Source: Eledone cirrhosa (Eukaryota). From it: 64,000 bases of DNA. The position numbers and the translations under genes are program-made. Below the pieces are notes generated by a model that was not told the origin of the DNA, ran no database searches, and saw only the letters and a program-made list of their open reading frames with translations. Positions 57,406 to 64,000 of this stretch are shown here, piece after piece. Numbering within the stretch: position 1 is the stretch's first letter; the number at the start of each line of letters is the position of its first letter. Location of the stretch: NCBI GenBank assembly GCA_964016885.1, contig OZ024751.1:30132001-30196000 (forward strand), read 5' to 3'.

Positions 57406-58755
57406 ATTGTGACTTGTACGTGTGTGCGCGCGCGTGTGTGTGTGTGTATGTATATATGTATGTATATATATATATGAAATCAGGAAAAACAAATATCGGC
57501 TTATCAACAATGGCAAAATAAAAGCAAGGAAGACTCTTCACTATAGAATGGAATAAATACTTATTATTATTATATTATAAGAATAATTATTATTATTGTC
57601 GTTGTTATTATTGTTGTTGTCGCTGAGGTTGTTGTCGTTGTTGCTTCATTTTACAACTTCGTGTTAGAAAAATAATCTAATAGACGAGAAAATTGATAAT
57701 AACAAAAGAAAGAATACGAGGGCGAATTACGATTAAAAATTGATATTTTATATCGAAGTTAAAATATTTTTTCTCTCACACAATGAAATAATAATAGTGA
57801 TAATAATAAAAATAATGTTTTCAATCAGAAGTCAATAAGGAGTAAATGTAAAGAAGAGCAAATAAACAAAGACGAAAGTTAAACAACAAAAACTACAAAA
57901 CACATAAATTGAACCAAAATAACTACAGTAACAACAACAACAGCAACAGCATTAACGTAAGAGGTATAAACAATATACACAAGGAAAGAAACGGAAGCAG
58001 CCTGGTAGTGCCCCTTGGCGGTCAAAATCCCAACTAAGGGTTGATAACTTATACAAGAAGAAGAAGAAGAAGAAGAAGAAGAAGAAGAAGAAGAAGAAGA
58101 AGAAGAAGAAGAAGAAGAAAAAGAAGAAGAAGAAACATATGACAGCAACAAAAAGAGGGGAAAAAGGTAAAAACAAAACGAATGAGAGAAAAGAAAAACG
58201 TCACTTCCGGCAACGAAAATCTCAGTCGTAATATCATGATCACGTGGTGGAGAAGAGAGGAGAGATGTAGCAGCCATTACAAAACAAAAACAACAGAAGA
58301 CATTGAGAAAAACATTGACAATCAAGATATAGACATTCCTCTCTCTACCTATGCCCTCTCCCACCTACGTCACATTTGAACTGTGACAGTAAGGCTGTGA
58401 AAGGGAAACCCGCCTGTAGCCATTAATTCTTAAATAAAGGAATCCTGTTTATTTTTAGTTTATTTCTATTTATTTATTTGCTAAATAATGATATTCACTA
58501 GAAGTTCGCTTCATATTATCACTGTATTCTCCTTTGTATTTCTATTGAGGAACCAAATCTTACTCTCACCCTTACCCTCACCCTAACTTTCAACCCACCC
58601 CCAAGCCACCCCAACCACGTACCATCCATCTTTATTTATCTATCCATCTATCTATTTATTTAATTATTTATGCAACACAAGAGAAGGAGTGAGAAAGAAG
58701 GTAGAGTAAAATGTAACTAGAGAGAGAGTGAGAAAGTGATAGCTAGAGATAGGAA

Positions 58756-58827
<72 letters not shown>

Positions 58828-58873
58828 GAGAGAGTGAGAAAGTGATAGCTAGAGTGGAAGCTCCGGGAGCTTC

Positions 58874-59038
58874 CAACAGTAATGGTTGCATTCTTTAAGG
58901 GTATGTCAATATTTATTTATAAAACTGCTCTATATTATATTTTATCTGATGAAAGCACACCATAATTTAACTTGGTGTCCTTGAAATATGTATAAATAAA
59001 TATGGTTTTATAAATATAGTTTCCATTTGTTAATATCG

Positions 59039-59040
<2 letters not shown>
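58874..59040 (+). mobile_element. Family A element, single-arm copy with hammerhead motif (58938-59002)
   Basis: Aligns to 4991-5160. CUGAUGA at 58946-58952, GAAA at 58983-58986, 4-nt deletion in the 3' strand of stem I. Confidence 0.75.
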
Positions 59041-59110
<70 letters not shown>

Positions 59111-59340
59111 ATGCATATATATATATATATTTCCAAAGGAGAAAAAGGTTGCGCAAAGAAAACGAAAAACAACGAGAAACGGCCAGTTTCTTTTCCTCAG
59201 TCAATATCTAGAAATCACTATAGTTTCAGTATACTAAGATTGATACTGTACATTCCATATATATATATATACAGTATATATATATATACAGTATATATAT
59301 ATATACAGTATATATATATATACAGTATATATATATATAC

Positions 59341-59459
<119 letters not shown>

Positions 59460-59599
59460 AATCAGTCTAGAAAGTATCTCTGTAGGGTATTAACGTGGGT
59501 GGTGGTTGATGGGTGGTAGGTGGTTAGTAACGGGTGGTGTGTAATAGGCTGACAGTTTATACAAACTATATATGGACATATCATACACTGCTACTGGTA

Positions 59600-59765
59600 A
59601 CATGTTAACCAGTACAACCTGTCGCATGGTCGGGTCGTCGGCGACTAAACTGGCAACCCCACCAAGTTTACTTGGTGAGGAGGGGGATTTTGGAAACCCT
59701 GCAGGACAAAAAACAAAACCTGACAAAGGGCGGAAGAACTCATAAGAGTCAACGGCCATCCAAAA
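59600..59765 (+). mobile_element. Possible non-LTR retrotransposon 5'UTR fragment
   Basis: GC-richer non-coding block recalled as resembling RTE-type leaders. Not verifiable within the window. Confidence 0.3.
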
Positions 59766-59814
59766 ATGTGTAAATATTTATATACACATGTACATATGTA
59801 TGTGTATGTATATG

Positions 59815-60332
59815 CCTGAGGTGTCAGGAAGGGGCATGTACCTCTGTAGGGGGGAGGGGGGCTATCGATGCATGTAGAGGGGATAGCGGATGCCTACTCC
59901 TGCATGCGAAAGCTGGACCCGGCGGAGTGAGTGGAGGAGGACAACATCGTCCCAACGGTCACGAAGGCGGCGACAGCAAGCGGTGTGGAGCGCTAGGGCA
60001 CGGCAAGGCACTACAGACGTCGTGGCCATCCACTGCCGCCAAGGAAGTCCCTGGTCGTGACGGTCCTCCGTACCACCGGATTCTGGCTTCTGCAGCCGAG
60101 TGAGTGGGACCGTCTCTGTGCACTGGCCCTCCCCCCACTATAAACCTTTCCCGCACAGATTTCTTCTATAGCGTGCACTGCCAAAGCCCTGCGGCGATGG
60201 GCGAGAGGCGGAGGTAACAGGTGACCCCGGACCTGCAAGTCAAGGATCGGCCTCCACAGCCACCTTCGCACCCACGGCAGACGGGTACAACACTGAAGAT
60301 GTCATCGTTTACGATGGACAACAAGAGAAGAC
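59815..60332 (+). mobile_element. RTE/BovB-like 5'UTR apparently joined to an RTE-like 3' end
   Basis: GC-rich island between microsatellites. gacgtcgtggccatccactgc..ccaaggaag resembles RTE leaders, and the end gtcatcgtttacgatggacaacaagagaaga resembles RTE 3' termini (recalled, unverified). Confidence 0.5.
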
Positions 60333-60392
60333 ATACACACACATACATATATACTCATATAGATATAGATATCTATATATATATATATATAT

Positions 60393-60459
<67 letters not shown>

Positions 60460-60735
60460 GCTGCTGCCGTTGCTGCTGCTGCTGCTGCTACTTGACAAAC
60501 TTAACCCTAAAAGGAAGTTATAAAAAAATAACATTTCTGTCGGTATTTCTGTTATTGAAATCGGCCATTATTAAAGATCAATTTACAGTTAGTGGTGTCA
60601 ACAACATGAAGGGGAAGGAGGATGAGGAGGAGGAGGAGGAAGGGAGAGGGGGGGAGTGGGAGGAGAATTAGAAGTTAGGAATCGATATAATATTTCTTTT
60701 AAAAACTCAGTATTATTCTTAATAACAGCAACAAT

Positions 60736-61236
60736 AACAACACCAACAACACCAACACCACCACCAACACCACCAACACCAACACCACCAATACCACCAC
60801 CAACACCACCAACACCAACACCACCAATACCACCACCAACACCACCAACACCAACACCACCAACACCACCACCAACACCACCAACACCAACACCACCAAC
60901 ACCACCACCAACACCACCAACACCAACACCACCAATACCACCACCAACACCACCAACACCAACACCAACAACACCACCACCAACACCACCAACACCAACA
61001 CCACCAATACCACCACCAACACCACCAACACCAACACCAACAACACCACCACCAACACCACCAACACCAACACCACCAATACCACCACCAACACCACCAA
61101 CACCAACACCACCAACACCAACACCACCAATACCACCACCAACACCACCAACACCAACACCACCAATACCACCACCAACACCACCAACACCACCACTACC
61201 AACACCACCACCACCACCACCAACACCACCACCAAC
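60736..61236. repeat. (CCA/ACA)n minisatellite
   Basis: Direct inspection. Confidence 0.92.
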
Positions 61237-61350
61237 AATAAACAACAAAAATAATGATACGTCAATAATGATAATAATATTTTCTTAAATGCAATAATAT
61301 AGATTATAAAATAACTCACAAGCCTCTATCTTATATCTGATTATCATTAT

Positions 61351-61553
61351 TAGCAGAATCGGTAGAGCGTCGGACACCTTGCTTCGTGTGGCATAGTTAC
61401 GTTTCTTTACGATCTGAGTTCAAATCTCGCCGGGGTTAACTTTGTCTTTCATCCTTACGGGGTCGATAAAATAAAGTACCAGTAATACACTGGGATAATT
61501 GCTGGCCTTGTGCTTAAAGTAGAAACAATTATTATTATTATTATTGTTATTAT
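61351..61553 (+). mobile_element. SINE, S variant
   Basis: Head, core, short tail and (ATT)n. Confidence 0.9.
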
Positions 61554-61733
61554 GAGTCTCAGTCATTGATGTTAGTTAACTGGAATGTTTGTTGAAATGA
61601 ATATCAAGCCGCTACCTGCAGCCTTAGATATTCAGGACGTATCGGAGGGTTCTTGCTGTTCCCAGCAAGCATGCCTTTTGAAGTGTTCCAAAAAGCGGGG
61701 CTGGACTAATCTTCTTTAACCATCCTTGGAAAC
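61554..61733 (-). pseudogene. 5'-truncated R4/Dong-like non-LTR retrotransposon 3' end
   Basis: 61731-61624 translates FQGWLKKISPAPLFGTLQKACLLGTARTLRYVLNI*, followed by a 70-nt UTR. (TAA)n on both sides. Confidence 0.8.
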
Positions 61734-61769
61734 ATTATTATTATTATTATTATTATTATGGTGGTGGTG

Positions 61770-61987
61770 GTGGGGTGTATTGATAGTAATCGGTAGAGTG
61801 CCGGATGAATTGCTTTGCGGCATTTAGTACGCCTTTCTACGTTCTGAGTTCAAAACCCGCCAAGGTCAATTTTGCCTTTCATTTAGCCGGGGTTGATAAT
61901 CTACAGTACCAGTAAAGTACTGAGGTGGATATAATCAACTTTCCTGTCCCACATATTGCTAGTCTTGTGCTTAAATTAGAAATCATT
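61770..61987 (+). mobile_element. Older SINE, L variant
   Basis: Diverged head, B-box, core and long tail. Confidence 0.8.
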
Positions 61988-62695
61988 TTAGAGATATAAG
62001 AGATATTATATATGTAAATAAGAGCGTTATTGCTCCAATCATGGCACCCTAAACCGAACGCCAACATGCACTCTTGACTCGCGCTAAACCAAACCGCGAT
62101 CCACCCACCAAAATACTGAATGCCGACTCCAATAGCCACCAAATGGGGAAGATAGACGATATCAAGCTGTAGCTGTATTATTATATATTAGACATTAGAT
62201 ACCAGTACACACTTTGTCTATTCGTTGAAATCTGAATTAATTTTTCAGCTATATGAAACATGTTGTCTTTCAGGTCATCCATACTTTTGCTATTTTTCGT
62301 TTGTAGTTTCCCACCTACACCCTTGCCCACACTTTCCAGTTTCCCCGCCCCCTCCATTATAGAGAAAATATGGAAGGTCAGACAGAGATAGACAAGGCGT
62401 CTTCTATTATTTTCTCATTAAATCAGGCAGTTAGGAAATAATAGCTGGAGGACAAGCCGCAACTGAAACACAAGGTTTTATTTGGTCAGCCAGATAAGAA
62501 ACACAGAGTAGACGTCAAATGTTCTGGAAACTTTAGAAAAAAATAGAAGACGGAGAAGCAGAAGAAGAAGAAGAAGAAGAAGAGCAACAACAACAACAAC
62601 AACAACAACAACTACTACAACAACAACTACTACAACAGCAACAACAACAACAACAAAGATACAAGTACGATGTTATTAACACGAGGAACAATGAA

Positions 62696-62746
<51 letters not shown>

Positions 62747-63274
62747 GATGATAATGATGATGATAATGATGATGATGATGATAATGATATAGTTGTTTTA
62801 TTTCTGTTTATTGATACTTATAACAATCATTGTTATTGTTGAGTTTTAATTAAAAACTCTGTCAAACTGTGTCAACCTCAGTTTTAAACTATGTACAGCC
62901 CCGCCATCCGTGCCGTCTTTCAATACATACAGTAAGTTATACATAAACACACGCACATACATAAATACATGCATACATACCTGCATACATATATACACAT
63001 ACACACATACATACAATATACACACACACTCGCATACATCACAGTCATCAAATCTCGCCTTTCATACAGTACCAGTAAAGTGCTATGTTCACTATAATCG
63101 ATTTTCCCCTTCCCCAAAATTGTTGGCCTTGTGTCTATGTTAGAGTGAATTATTCATAATGTCTGCTCACGTTGAAAATCTTAGCTGATAGAATAATTAT
63201 AGAATTATTACTGAGGTAAGAAAGACAACTCTTGTACAGAGTTAACTCCCGTACACATTTAATATTTATCATAA

Positions 63275-63465
63275 TTGTTTCAACTTTTTGACACAAGGCC
63301 AGCAATTACCCAGTGCATTACTGGTACTTTATTTTATCGACCCCACAAGGATGAAAGGCAAAGTTAACATCGGCGGGATTTGAACTCAGAATGGCAAGGG
63401 CCGTAACTCTATGCATCAAAGCATGGCGTCCGACCCTCTACCAATACTGCCAATTCAATGCCTCT
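63275..63465 (-). mobile_element. SINE, S variant, with a perfect 19-bp TSD
   Basis: atttaatatttatcataat at 63257-63275 and 63469-63487. Confidence 0.93.
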
Positions 63466-64000
63466 AATATTTAATATTTATCATAATAATATATATATAG
63501 TCCTCTAACATTTCGAGAATGTTGTTGAACCCGTAGATAATTATTTATTTTTTTCATTTATTTTTTAAGTTTTGAGTTCAAATCCCGCTGGTAAAAAATT
63601 ACATTTTATAGAAGTGTAGCATTTTAATTAAAGTTTAAGAGTGTACATGATTTTATTCAAATATTTATGAAGTCTTTCTATTTTGTTTTATAGGTTACTT
63701 AAAATCAGATATGCATTAATACAGACATGTCAAATTGAGGATACCCCAAGTGTCGCATGGGTCACATATGTGTTGTCAATTAATTGTGCACATTACAACT
63801 AATTAAAGTCCTTTAATAAAATTTATTGCAGAAAAATGTGTTACTTAAAGTTAGAAGCATACAATGTACATACAAATGTTTTAGCAGCATTCATGAATAC
63901 AAAGTAATGAAGTGGTTTGACAAAAAACTAAAATTTTAAATGGCAATATATACTTGCAGCTTGCAACAGCAACAAATACATTGTACAAAAATTACAACAG

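Overview
AT-rich, microsatellite-saturated animal DNA, either intergenic or deep intronic. The SINE families and repeat density suggest an octopod cephalopod, which is an inference from recognised repeats and not a database result. No host protein-coding exon, tRNA or rRNA gene can be supported, and nearly all ORF-track entries are translations of simple repeats. The real content is mobile DNA. (1) More than 25 copies or fragments of one tRNA-derived SINE superfamily with a shared core and three interchangeable 3' tails, often stacked head-to-tail or nested. (2) Short fold-back elements embedded in (TA)n tracts, most likely Penelope-like pseudo-LTR remnants. Several carry type I hammerhead ribozyme motifs with compensatory stem changes, and unrelated families share a YYGAGTRC motif near their 3' ends. 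(3) Decayed LINE ends: an R4/Dong-like end in a (TAA)n tract and several RTE-like pieces, one encoding C2H2 zinc fingers in a (TATG)n tract. (4) A truncated mariner transposase, a non-autonomous Helitron and several MITEs. (5) A 3.6 kb G-rich heptamer satellite and a 200-N assembly gap. All structures and alignments were read by eye.
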